Shown here one piece after another: positions 47,550 to 61,990 of a stretch of 64,000 nucleotides of DNA. Each line of letters opens with the position of its first letter. Position 1 is the stretch's first letter. The stretch lies in contig OX597838.1 in NCBI GenBank assembly GCA_951406725.2, positions 18,600,001-18,664,000 of the forward strand, read 5' to 3'. The stretch is from Octopus vulgaris. Its lineage: Eukaryota. The notes beneath the pieces were generated by a model. That model did no database searches and was not told the origin of the DNA. It saw only the letters and a program-made list of their open reading frames with translations. Position numbers and translations under genes: made by a program.

Positions 47550-48850
47550 TGGTTTGCCCTCAAGAGAGTAATAAAAGCAGAAGCGATTAGGTATAGCAAA
47601 GCACTAGACATAGATAGAAACAGAATAGAGGGTAACCTAGTTAAGAAACTAGAAGAGGCGATTAGAAGTGGCATCGCATCCGACGTTGGACCTTCGACCA
47701 ACACTTCAACGCCAAACACGAAGGATGTGTTGTCAGGGCTAGGATGCGTGCTCTAAGGAACGAAGGTGTTGGAGACGCGTGAGAGGCCCGAGTGGCGGAG
47801 GCGCAACAGGGCAACAAAGCCACCATTCGGTCTCTGGTAGATGAACAGGGGCGCGAATTACTCGAGTCAAGTAAAATGTGTGAAGCCTTTCAACAGCATT
47901 TGCGACTGTTCGGGACAAGTGGCGGGCATGAACGTAGGGCGAACTTCAGTGTCTACCTGCACGGCCTGCAACGAAGCTCGACAAGAGAGGCAGAGTGCTG
48001 CGAAGGTGCCATCACGGCAGCGGAAGTGCGGGACGCGCGGCAGAATGCTCGAGGAACAAATAGCCGGGTTTGGATGGACTATCCTACGAGCTTTACAGTT
48101 GTATGTCAGACTTGTTTGCAGACGTCTTGGTAGTAGTGTACTGCAACTGGCAGCAAAACGGGAGCATCCCCGGTTTTGTGAGCAGAGGAACCGTAACGCG
48201 GCTGAAGAAAGATCCAAACAAGGAGGGCGTAAAAGATAACTTTAGGCCCATCACTTTGCTCAATGCAGATTTGAAAATTTTGGCCAAGGTGTTCGCCAAG
48301 AGGTTGGCACTTGTCATCGAGAAACTGGTCGACAAGGCACAAACTTCTGCCGTGCTGGGCCGGAGCATCCATGACAACCTCCATCTGATGCGCTACATCA
48401 TAGACAGGTGTAGTTAAGGAACTTGGCATGGGTGGGGTCCTGAGCAATTTTGATCAATCCAAAGCTCTCGATAGGCTAGACTGATACTTGGTTGCTGTTC
48501 TCCTAGTTGCTGGTTACGGACCCGTTTTCTGCGGCTGGATAGCTGCCTTATTCAGAGGAATCCTTTCAGTAATTCGCGTGAATGGACATCTATCGAGACC
48601 TTTTGACATTGCACGTTCGGTCCGTCAGGGACGCCCCCCTCTCGTCACTTCTGTACGTATTGACTCTCGAGCCACTACTGCGGAAGCTGGCGACGCTGAG
48701 GGGCATCCCGCGAGAATTGGGATGCGGGACGAGCGTGTCCGCATACCCGGACAACGGCACAGTGTCTAGCCACTAGCACATCTAGCTGGTCGGCGAGACA
48801 CTGAAAGACTACGAAGCGATAACAGGAGCGAAAATCAATCGGGAATGTCA
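47550..48850 (+). pseudogene. Decayed reverse transcriptase region of a Tx1/L1-type LINE, abutting (CTAT/CTGT)n
   Basis: DNFRPITLLNADLKILAKVFAKRL, GRSIHDNLHLMRYII, DQSKALDRL, NGHLSRPFDIARSVRQG, PLSSLLYVLTLEPLL, degenerate YADD (YPDN); multiple frameshifts and stops. Confidence 0.9.
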
Positions 48851-48988
48851 GTTGGATTTTCTTTCCACGGATAAACCAAATCTGTTTCCCTTTTACATTA
48901 TGACATTTCTGTGATACACAATCCTTGTGAATGGATATGGTAGATGGAAACTGAAAGAAGCCGATTGTATATATGTATATATGTTTGT

Positions 48989-49515
48989 GTGTATTGGCTT
49001 TGGAATAACCTTCTTTAGCCCTTAATTATAAGATGTTTATACTTCAACCGTAAAGGTTTTTTTAATATACTGCCACGCTTTTTGATGGAATCCTTTTCTG
49101 TAGAGAAAGGGACTTCATCCTATATTGTTAGTTGTAAACTCGCTGCTTGTTACAAGGGGACCGGTAACCTTTACAATATGTAGCGGCGATAGGTCAACAC
49201 GTTGTTCTGAGACTGACCAAGGAATTTTTATTTTTAGATATAAATGATGTACTTAGTTGTGTTTTTAGCTTCTGCTTTTTCCATGATCACATGTGAGTAT
49301 TTTATTTATATTCCCTCGTAAGCTCTACTGAAGAAGAATATATCCTTTATAGGGATTAATTCCGAAATTGATTCAATATAGAGATAACGAAATTTAAATT
49401 TTCTAAAGGTTAGTTGCCCGCTTTCAGTTCAATTTTCCTGTAACAAGTGGATTATAAGTGGATAAATCAGTGTATTGGCTTTAGAATAACCTTCTTTAGC
49501 CCTTAATTATAAGAT
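48989..49515 (+). mobile_element. Terminally redundant 481-nt unit with HHR (retrozyme- or Penelope pLTR-like)
   Basis: 46-bp direct repeat at 48989-49034 and 49470-49515 (one mismatch) enclosing an HHR. Confidence 0.65.
49316..49390 (+). ncRNA. Type I hammerhead ribozyme with extended stem I
   Basis: UCGUaagCUCUA-CUGAAGA-AGAAU...AUUCC-GAAA-UUGAUUCAA-UA-UAGAGauaACGA. Confidence 0.8.
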
Positions 49516-49538
49516 ATATATGTATTTATATATATATG

Positions 49539-49639
<101 letters not shown>

Positions 49640-49750
49640 ATATATACATGTAATTTCCCGTTTTCATTATATGCGACAAATATCGATTCTCATAAGATTT
49701 ATAGCACGATTTCGGAAAAGAACGACAACGGGAACACTTCCAACATCATC

Positions 49751-49843
<93 letters not shown>

Positions 49844-49982
49844 CTTGTTTCACTGAAAATAAATGGTTCCAATAGAAGCTAGAATTATAGGTTTGATTTA
49901 ATAAGTAAAATGTTTTATTCGAAAGAAACCATCGAATTTCACATCTTGAAAACATCTTATATTAAAACCAGTTTATAAAACA

Positions 49983-50888
49983 GTGGCAGCCGTAATGATT
50001 GCGGTGTCGTCTGCCGTCGTCGGCGGTGGTGGTAGAGAGGGGAGGAAGTGGTGGTGGTGGTGGTTTCGTCGTTGTCGTGATGGTTGTGGTGGTTATGGTG
50101 GTGATGGTGGTGGTGGTGGTGGTGGTGGTGGTGGTGGTGGTGGTGGTGGTGGTGGTGGTGGTGGTGGTGGTGGTGGTGGTGGTGGTGGTGGTGGTGGTGG
50201 TGACGGTGGAGGTGGTGGTGGTGACGGTGGTGGTGGTGACGGTAGTGGTGGTGAAGGTGGTGGTGGTGGTGACGGTGGTGGTGGTGACGAAGGTGGTGGT
50301 GACGAAGGTGGTGACGGTGGTGGTGACGGTGGTGGTGGTGACGGTGGTGACGGTGGAGGTAGTGGTGGTGACGGTGGTAGTGACTGTGGTGGTGGTGGTG
50401 CTCGTCGTCGTCGTTGTCTTTGCCGTGATAGCTGTGGTGGTTATGGTGGTGATGGTGATGGTAGTGTTGGTGATGGTGGTGATGGTGATGGTGTTGGTGC
50501 CGTGATAGCTGTGGTGGTTATGGTGGTGATGGTGATGGTGGTGTTGGTGTTGGTGATGGTGATTTATGGTGGTTGTGGTGGTGATCGTCGTCGTCGTGAT
50601 GGTTGTGGTGGTGGTATTGATTGTGGTGTTGTCGGTTGTGGTGGTGTTGCTCTGGGTGGTGGTCATGGTGGTGTTGGAGATGGTGACGGTGATAGTGGCG
50701 GTGGTGGTGGTAGTGACGGTGTTGCTATTGGTAGTGGTGATAGTGGTTGTGGTGGTTGTGGCCGTCGCCGTGGCATTGGTATTGGTATTGGTGGTGGTGG
50801 TTATGGTGGTGTATGTTGTAGTATTGTTTGGTAATGGTGATTGTGGGGGGAGACGGCGGTTCTGGCTGATGCTCTGCTGGTGGTTGTG

Positions 50889-50982
<94 letters not shown>

Positions 50983-51030
50983 ACGAAGTGACGGTAGAAT
51001 TTATTGTCATGATGATGATGATGATGATGA
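49983..51030. repeat. Degenerate (GGT)n / (GTA)n arrays
   Basis: Directly visible. Confidence 0.9.
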
Positions 51031-51234
51031 ACGTATTAAACATTTTACTTAATGAATCCATACTTTTTTTTCTTTGAAATTTCGGTCGATAAACATTTTA
51101 TTGATGTTCATAACTATAAAGAGGAATCGAACTTGCAAAAATTTAAATTAAATTTGAATACATAAATATATAAATATATGAAAAAAGTTGCTTGTGAAGC
51201 AATAGTCTTTTATATAAAACATGTTTAAGGAATT

Positions 51235-51276
<42 letters not shown>

Positions 51277-51320
51277 CACAGCTCATGAGCTGAAACTAGA
51301 ATCAATCAATCAATCAATCA

Positions 51321-51368
<48 letters not shown>

Positions 51369-51372
<4 letters not shown>

Positions 51373-51676
51373 AATTAAGGACTGAACACGAAAAGTGGAC
51401 AGTCAACATGCTAGATATAGACATTAAATATAGATATAGACGTAATTATTTTATTTCGTATATTTTCACTTGTTTATTGCTTTGGTTTTGTGCTGAGTTT
51501 GATTTGAGAACATAATCTTTGTGGAGAATGGCGATTTGACGTCTATATCTAGCATGTTGACTGTCCACTTTTCGTGTTCAGTCCTTAATTGGTATATATA
51601 AATATTTTAATCTTCGGATTCTTTTTAATATGCTAGACCACTGGTTTTAATTGATAAATATCAATTTCTACCCTTA

Positions 51677-51686
<10 letters not shown>
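51369..51686. repeat. Fold-back element in (TA)n, 54-bp perfect inverted arms
   Basis: 51369-51422 is the reverse complement of 51541-51594. Confidence 0.85.
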
Positions 51687-51747
<61 letters not shown>

Positions 51748-51759
<12 letters not shown>

Positions 51760-52035
51760 ATATATACCTAATAATTAGGTTTCAGCAAAGATTTGCTTTA
51801 CCACATACCGAAGTTTAGAAATAGAAGCCAAAACCTTAGCTATTTCTTCTGATTTTTTGGCTGCTATTTCCAAACTTCGGTATGTGGTAAAGCAAATCTT
51901 TTCTGAAACCTAATTATTAGGTATATATATACATACATACTTATATAATTATTAAGTATTACTTAAGTTTACCGTGAAATGGTCCTTTTTTCATGCCGAA
52001 TTCTACTTGGTGAAATTATTGATTACTTCTTAATT
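51748..52035. repeat. Fold-back element in (TA)n, about 86-bp inverted arms
   Basis: 51748-51833 is the reverse complement of 51855-51940, with few mismatches. Confidence 0.85.
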
Positions 52036-52051
52036 AATTAATTTCACCCTT

Positions 52052-52128
<77 letters not shown>

Positions 52129-52182
52129 AGAAATATCTAATCTTGTACCAAAATTTGAAACCGAGATTATGAGAGGAGACAA

Positions 52183-52395
52183 GGCAGCGAGCTGGCAGAG
52201 TCGTTAGCTCGTGGGGCAAAGTGCCTAGAGGCACTACATTCGTCTTGACGTTCTGCTTTCAACGTCTACTGAGATCGACTTTTCGAATTTACGTTTCACC
52301 CCTTCAGGGTCGTTAAAATATGTACCAGTTGATCACTGGTGTCGATGTAATTGACCTACTTATTTCTTGCTGGCCTTGTGCCAAAATCTGAAACA
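52183..52395 (+). mobile_element. Diverged SINE family B
   Basis: ggcagcgagctggcagagtcgttagc head ... gctggccttgtgccaaaatctgaaac tail. Confidence 0.75.
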
Positions 52396-52499
52396 TATTA
52401 TGAGAGGAATGCCTAACATATTAAAAGAAACTTCAATACTAAACCGTTATACAGTTATAACCTATCATGCGATACTTAAAGCCCTCAGCATATTGAAGC

Positions 52500-53370
52500 T
52501 ACAACTAAGCTATACCTAATTTTTTTTTTATTATTTAATCAATTTTTATCAACCGGTAAAATTTCTAGGGCTTCATATGGACACAAGCGACATTCAAATC
52601 TCACCACTAAATTGTCTCACCGAATTTAAGATGTTCCAATCGAGTCTAAAATCTATAACTTTTAATTTTATATTCCACAATTTCTTAATCAGTGATGCTA
52701 AACCCTTTAATTTTGTATTGAAGAAATAGTTGTGTGTAGAGAATATATTATTTCGAAGCAATTAGCGTTGGAACCTCTGTTTTCCTTATCATTATCATTA
52801 TGAGTGAGGGCATTACAACGATATATTATATTTTCCCTACTACAAGTAGGTGTAACTGTAGAGTCGCTAATGAATGTCCTCTTAAAGAGCACTGTTAAAA
52901 CAATGCTCTTTAGAACACTCATTAGCGATTCTATAGTTACATCTACTTCTGGTAACTTTCCCGTTAAAATGACTAATGGGAGGTGATTGTATAAAATATT
53001 GGTAAAAATGGTTTGAACATTTTGCTCGTTAACTGATTTGTTGGGTACAATTTTAGTCATTCATAGGTTGCAGTCCTTGCTATAAATAATACAATTACTA
53101 CTGATACTTGTGTTGTTCTTCGACCCATGTGCAAGTATTTAATCGATATAGTTGCAGCATTGAAATTGTTCACCTTCGTTTTGATAATAACAGGGCTGTT
53201 AGAATAGTGATTAGGGTAATAATGGTTTTGTCAACTTTATAATAATCAGATAGGGCTATGATTGAAGCCAAATTAGACGTAAATAGGAAGCTAGTGAAAG
53301 TAAAATTAATTTTAAAAAACTATTAATGATTTCCAAGCAGCCAAGAATTATATTCATTTCCTCTTTAGCT
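52500..53370 (-). pseudogene. Decayed Penelope-like (Neptune-type) linker and GIY-YIG endonuclease
   Basis: CSRENIIYRC...RGSNANCF...HTTISS, then LWNIKLKVIDFRLDWNIL and CRLCPYEALEIL; Cys-rich linker CNCR..NECPL..HC present. Confidence 0.65.
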
Positions 53371-53379
53371 ATACCAGTA

Positions 53380-53417
<38 letters not shown>

Positions 53418-53425
53418 CATTATCA

Positions 53426-53487
<62 letters not shown>

Positions 53488-53571
53488 TTGTAAACCTAAG
53501 GATTTTTGTTAAGGTGAAACTCCAGAGAAATTATCTATATCAAAGATGTGCAAAACAGTCTATATCATCTA

Positions 53572-53813
53572 TTAGATTGGTGCATAATTATGGTGGCCTT
53601 TTTTTCCCCAATAAGGTTTATTCAACAAAAACAATAACAACATTTAACAAAAACATCTTTAAATAATTATTCCGGAGCATATTCACCATCTACTTCAATT
53701 TCTGCTTGGCGTTTAGTTTGCATTGGCATTTTGTTTAAATTGGCGTTTTATTAAAATTTTTTGTTGAATAAAATTTATTGAAAAAAAACCGCAATAATTA
53801 TGCACCTACCTAA
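53572..53813. mobile_element. Mariner-type MITE
   Basis: TA-flanked TIRs ttagattggtgcataattat / ataattatgcacctacctaa, extended by subterminal inverted sequence. Confidence 0.8.
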
Positions 53814-54371
53814 TAAATTTTGCCAGGCGCTATTTTTCAACTTTGGAATTATCCGACTTAATAGTTTTTTTTTATTTCCTTAATTTACCTATATGTGATT
53901 TAGATGGCCTAATCAGTTTAATTGTAGAGCTGATGGTTTTTCGAGTTAAACTTTCGGAACTCAGGCTAGAATAGTTCTGTTCTCTCAGTTGGTCGTAATT
54001 AATTATCCATTCCACAGGGTAGGACTGAACTAGGAACTCTGTGGTTGGGAAACAAGCTCCTTACCACACAGCCACGTCTGCGCCTATAAAAATATATTTA
54101 TATTTATATACATGAGTTTATACGTCCGTGTGTGCGAGTGTGGGACGGGGGGAGCTGTATGTGCTTGCAATTTCGTATCTGATCATCACTGGTCAGATAT
54201 CACTGGTCCTCCCTCTTGATGGCCCCTACAGCCACACCCTGGTACCTTACTTCATACGGTTGTAGCGAAGAACATGAAGAGGGATGGACACCACCAAGCT
54301 AATTTGCCCATTGTACGTTTATTATGATGAAAACCAAATCGGAACCCATAGCGGATCGCTTGTCGCCCAGG

Positions 54372-54505
54372 TTACCATCAAGGAGTGGACAGGTCTCAAT
54401 TTCGCCGACTCACAGAGGGCAGCAGAAGACGGAGAGGGGTCACGGGTTCTGGTGGCGATGTCATCAACGAATGCTCCAAGGACCACACGATCAAAGGATA
54501 GGTAA
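54372..54505 (+). mobile_element. RTE-clade LINE C-terminal fragment
   Basis: IKEWTGLNFADSQRAAEDGEG.RVLV...SKDR* resembles RTE ORF C-termini. Confidence 0.6.
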
Positions 54506-54789
54506 GAAAGAAGAAAGGTGCGAACAAAGACTGGATATGAAGGCACTTGCTTCTGATACTGAGCGTTGCTTTACCATTCCTTTTCTATACTTATAACCTC
54601 TTTCTCCCTTCTCCCTGTCTCTCTCCCTTTCTTCCTCTCCTGCTCTCTCTCTATATATATGTGTGTGTGAGGGGAGAGAGAGAGAGAGAGACGGAGAGAC
54701 AGACAAATACAGACAGACAGACAGACAAAAAGAAAGAATGATAGATAGTCAGACTGAAAGTAAGAAAGACAGATAGACTGAAAGAAAGA

Positions 54790-55150
<361 letters not shown>

Positions 55151-55851
55151 ACGCGAGCGCATCACACATTTACATGCATCTGTGCATAAGGAAATACCTG
55201 AACGAATAAATCATTAAAGTGAACGAACGGCCTCTGCTCGTGTGTTCGCTTATTTTCATTCCCACACACTTGATTGACTGAGAAAATAAACTATTAAACA
55301 TGGAAGCAGCTAAATTGAAAGATGGAAGTAATATTATGGAGCGATATCTATCGATTTTTAAGTCTGAAACTGTCAAATCAAATCTGATCTGTACTATCGT
55401 TAAAGACCTTGATAATTTGTCTTATGACCCTTAATGTGTTATCGATCTCAACATGTCATTTCCTTACGGATTTTAATAACTGTTTTTTACCTCCTATTTC
55501 GAACGCATCAATGTTTTAGTTGATTAAGTTTTTGTTCTTTCAAAATATTTGTTTCTCATCGACTTCTATCTCCACTTCGCTCTCATAAATTTTGTATTTG
55601 TTCTATCATGACACCGAATTTTTTTTTTTACCTTTTTCTTCAAAAATAATTGCAGGTTTCTCAGACTACACCGGAAGTAAAACAACTGTTCTCTCGTGCT
55701 CATAACTATTTTATATACTCCATCGACAGCTAGCCTTGTCTTTAGAAATGATGCGTTTGTTTGGTGTCTATATTTTCACTAATTTTGATTTTCGGTCGTC
55801 ACCAGTTTTCTGATTCGTGAATGTTAACTTAGCATCTAGTTGAATACATGG

Positions 55852-56598
55852 ATTTCGGGCCGCGTGCCTAGAGTAGAAAAGAATATTTCTAAGGCGGCGA
55901 GCTGACAGAATCGTTAGCACGCCGGACGAAAATGCTTAGCAGTATTTCGTCTGTATTTCGCCGGGCGAGATGCTTAGCGGTGTTTCGTCTGCCGCTACGT
56001 ACTAAGTTCAAATTCCGCCGAGGTCGACTTTGCCTTTCATCCTTTCAGTGTCGATAAATTAAGTACAAGTTACATACTGGGGTCAACATTACCGACTGGC
56101 CCTCTCCCCCAAAATTTCGCACCTTGTGACTAGAGTAGAAAAGAATATTTCTAAGGCGGCGAGCTGGCAGAATCGTTAGCACATCGGACGAAATCCTTAG
56201 CAGCATTTCGTCTGTCTTTAGGTTCTGATTTCAAATTCCACCAAGGTCGACTTTGCCTTTCATAATTTCGGGGTCGATAAATTAAGTACCAGTTGCATAC
56301 CTGGGTCAATATTACCGACTGGCCCTCTCCCCCAAAATCTCGGACCTTGAGCCTAGAGTAGAAAAGAATATTTCTAAGGTGGCGAGCTGGCAGAATCGTT
56401 AGCACGCCGGACGAAATGCTTAGCAGTATTTCGTCTGTCTTTACGTTCTGAGTTCAAATTCCGCCGAGGTCGACTTTGCCTTTCATCCTTTCGGGGTCGA
56501 TAAATTAAGTACAAGTTACATACTGGGGTCAATATTACCGTCTGGCCCTCTCCCCCCAAAATTTCGGGCCTTGTGACTAGAGTAGAAAAGAATATTTA
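55852..56598 (+). mobile_element. Head-to-tail array of SINE family B (three full units plus a preceding tail fragment)
   Basis: Junction ctagagtagaaaagaatatttctaagg(c/t)ggcgagctg occurs three times; final unit ends tagagtagaaaagaatattt. Confidence 0.9.
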
Positions 56599-57250
56599 CT
56601 GAGAAAAAGAGAGTTAAGATACAAACAACGACACAACAGAGACGTTAGTTTTCAAAATACGAACTTGGAACATTGAATATAGAACAGCGGGGGGTCCTAA
56701 CTTTCAAAGAACTTAATCAAAACATATGGGATACGATGTAGTCAATTCAGTGCTGAATCTCCCACCAAGTTATTTAATCATTACTAATTATTACGGATTA
56801 TGAAGTCCGAACTTGCGTTGCCAACCAGTCCTACATGCTGCAGCAGTGAAAACCATCACCAGTACTTCATTTGAACTGGCCAACAAGCTGGGTTGCTGGG
56901 ATGCTGGCCAAGAAACGGTCTACAGATGTGAATAACAAACAATGTCATCTGCTGCTGCGTTCATGCGGATATCACTGGAAACTGTTCAATTATCAGAGAA
57001 ACTAAGACGCTTGCCAAATCTATTATCGTCTGCTTTTGAAGAAATAATCAGAAAATGCTTTCTTATTGGTCGCTTTTATCATTCTGTAACAATGGTCACC
57101 ATTTTCAACCCCCGTAGATCTCAAAGACGTCTGTAATAATTAAACGTGTGTGTTTTCATGTGCGGATTTATTTCCGCAAGTGTGTGTTTGTGTCTGCATA
57201 ATGATATATGTAAGTTAATGAGTGTATATATGTGTCTGTATGTGTATGTA

Positions 57251-57326
<76 letters not shown>

Positions 57327-57353
57327 TATATATAAGTATGTATGTGTGTATAC

Positions 57354-57437
<84 letters not shown>

Positions 57438-57777
57438 ATATATACATATATATATACATATACATATATATATACATAAATACATATACATATATATGTA
57501 TATATACATATATATACATATATATATATAGATACATATATATATATGTATGTACATATATATGTATATATATATATGTGTGTGTGCGTATGTATGTACA
57601 CACACACACACATATATATTCCTTTGTAATAGCGTACAAACAAGCTGTTAAGAACCCAGTACAAGAGCAGAGCATTGAAGCGAAATATACGGCAGCTCGT
57701 TCAAAATAACTATAATTTCAATCTTACAATGTCATCAAAAGTGACTCAATTATCTATCTTGATTGCTTGTGCGTAAA

Positions 57778-57825
<48 letters not shown>

Positions 57826-57831
<6 letters not shown>

Positions 57832-58128
57832 ACCACGTGACCGACCAGACCATCAGATGTTTTACACATCGCTGGTCACAATGCGTTCGCATTGTTTTAG
57901 CCTTCGAATGACTCCACCCCGCTGGCTAAGCGAACAGGCCAACAGAAGAAAGAGTGGGAGAAAGAGTGGTGAAAGAGTACAGCAGGGATCACCACCCCCT
58001 GCCGGAGCATCGTGGAGCTTTTAGGTGTTTTCGCTCAATAAACACACACAACACCCGGTCTGGGAATCGAAACCACGATCCTACGACCGCGAGTCCGCTG
58101 CCCTAACCACTAGGCCATTGCGCCTCCA
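57826..58128 (-). mobile_element. SINE with family-C head and body but a different tail
   Basis: Head and body match 26770-26959; the tail (cacgtgaccgaccagaccatcagatg...) is unrelated to the C tail. Confidence 0.8.
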
Positions 58129-58477
58129 CACATATATATATATAGACGCCAAAACCAAACCCTTTTAAGGCCTAAATTAATGTAATTCAATAATGTTTGG
58201 GAACAGTTTGGCTGCATGAAGTACCTGATTTTTTTGTATGGAACAACAGACTGACTGCCATATGGGCTCCACTTGGGATTTAGGTTGTAAGACTATTTAG
58301 GCATTGCTTGGGGTTTGTGACCCTCGACGGAAGTATGTGCTAGATACTCCCAGCCTGAGCACTGTGAACCTGCCATCAGACAGTAGGGCTGGTCCCTAAT
58401 TCAATGAAATACGACCTATTTATAATTATGTAACACAAGATAACAGCAAGCGATATATTTATTATTTATAATTAATA

Positions 58478-58872
58478 GGCGTAGGAGTGGCTGTGTGGTA
58501 AGTAGCTTGCTTACCAACCACATGGTTCCGGGTTTAGTCCCACTACGTGGCACCTTGGGCAAGTGTCTTCTACTATAGCCTCGGGCCGACCAAAGACTTG
58601 TGAGTGGATTTGGTAGACGGAAACAGAAAGAAGCCCGTCGTATATGTGTTTATATATGTGAGTGTGTATGTTTGTGTGTCTGTGTTTGTCCCCCTAGCAT
58701 TGCTTGACAACCGATGCTGGTGTGTTTATGTCCCCGTAACTTAGCGGTTCGGCAAAAGAGACCGATAGAATAAGTACTGGGCTTACAAAGAATAAGTCCC
58801 AGAGTCGATTTGCTCGACTAAAGGCGGTGCTCCAGCATGGCCGCAGTCAAATGACTGAAACAAGTAAAAGAA
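58478..58872 (+). mobile_element. SINE family A, full length
   Basis: Consensus-like head to tail. Confidence 0.9.
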
Positions 58873-59179
58873 TTAGCGAGGGCACGTGTCCTAGTGGAGA
58901 CGCTCGTGTCATATTCACGAACGTCAGATCTGTGGTTCGCGTCCCGGATCTGTCGGTGTGTTTTGCTCTTGAGCAAAATACTTCATTTCATATTAGACTA
59001 GAGCTGTGTGGGGACCAGCATATCAAAGAAGGGACCCGTTTCATTTGCATATTGCAAAAGGCGACTAAAAGAGTTTGAAGTAGGATTTGCACTCCGAACT
59101 CGTAAAACCCTCACCATCAACAACTACCGAAATGGATCCATGGGCTGGAGGGTTGTCGCAAGCTATTACCGCGCATGAC

Positions 59180-60740
<1,561 letters not shown>

Positions 60741-61091
60741 ACAGGTCGCCTGGCATATATTCTGTGTATTAGACGACGGAAAATATTTCACAATGTACGT
60801 GTGTAGGGGGAGGGAGGGGATTGAGTGTGTGTCAGAGAGAGAGAGAGAGAGTGTGTGTGTGTATGTGTGTTCGTGTGTGTGTTTGTGTGTATGTACGTGT
60901 GTGTGTGTGTGTAGGTGTGGAGAAGTGGGGTAAGTAATTTAGGAAGGAAATACGACTAAATGAGAGTAAATGGGGAGAGAGAAAACTGAAAGCCATTAAT
61001 GAAAATTAGTAGAGAAATAGATTTGTGGATATATGTAAATATATAGGTCGATAGATAGATAGATATAGATAGATCGATAGATAGATAGATC

Positions 61092-61177
<86 letters not shown>

Positions 61178-61186
61178 TAGATAGAT

Positions 61187-61222
<36 letters not shown>

Positions 61223-61251
61223 GAGACATCCAGACAGACAGACAGACAGGC

Positions 61252-61330
<79 letters not shown>

Positions 61331-61366
61331 TAGATAGATAGAAGATAGATAGATAGATAGATAGAT

Positions 61367-61440
<74 letters not shown>

Positions 61441-61459
61441 CGCCTATATATATATATAT

Positions 61460-61990
61460 ATTAAAATAAAAGTGAAATTCTAGTCATAGAGTGAGCAATG
61501 GTTTCGTCTCCACGAAAACTACAGCCTTGTGGACACCTCATCAGACACTATATAAAGACAAAATTTGACTTTTCACATCGCGGACGTGTGGAAACGCTAA
61601 GATAACGAGGTTCAACGGCTGACCTACCAAACCGTTATTGAGGACGGGTTATCTACCCTGGACTAGAGGGTAAATATAAGCTATGGTCAAAATTTTTTAC
61701 GGTCTCATATTAGCCTAACCAGCAAACGGGGAGATCCAATTTTCCAGTAGGTAGCGCTTGAAATAAACACATTTTGAGAAAACTTCTTTACGGTTATTTA
61801 ACGCGCCTGGCTTAACATAGTCCTTAAGAGTTTTGGTTCTCTCTTCAATGCAGATTTTGCATCGCTCCCATTGATATATGGGCCTGGATGTTCTATGATC
61901 CTCCACCTAATATCATATGGGGTCCCTTGATCCTTAAGATGCCACACATGGCTGGCCAGGGACGTGACAAAACTTTTTTTCTGGGACTCT
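61460..61990 (-). mobile_element. Penelope-like element 3' part: GIY-YIG C-terminus, 3' UTR with HHR, ending in (TA)n
   Basis: TSLASHVWHLKDQGTPYDIRWRII..PY..G / CKICIEE.....LNNRKEVFSKC..FKRYLL (one frameshift). Confidence 0.8.
61486..61551 (-). ncRNA. Type I hammerhead ribozyme in a Penelope 3' UTR
   Basis: AUAGUGU-CUGAUGA-GGUGUCCAC...GUGGAGAC-GAAA-CCAUUGC-UC-ACUCUAU; one mismatch each in stems I and III. Confidence 0.75.

Noticed and set aside
48070-48417. Functional reverse transcriptase gene
   Set aside because: Stops, frameshifts and a destroyed YADD motif; dead LINE fragment
52707-53060. 117-aa ORF as a host gene exon
   Set aside because: Better explained as a decayed Penelope GIY-YIG region with frameshifted continuation
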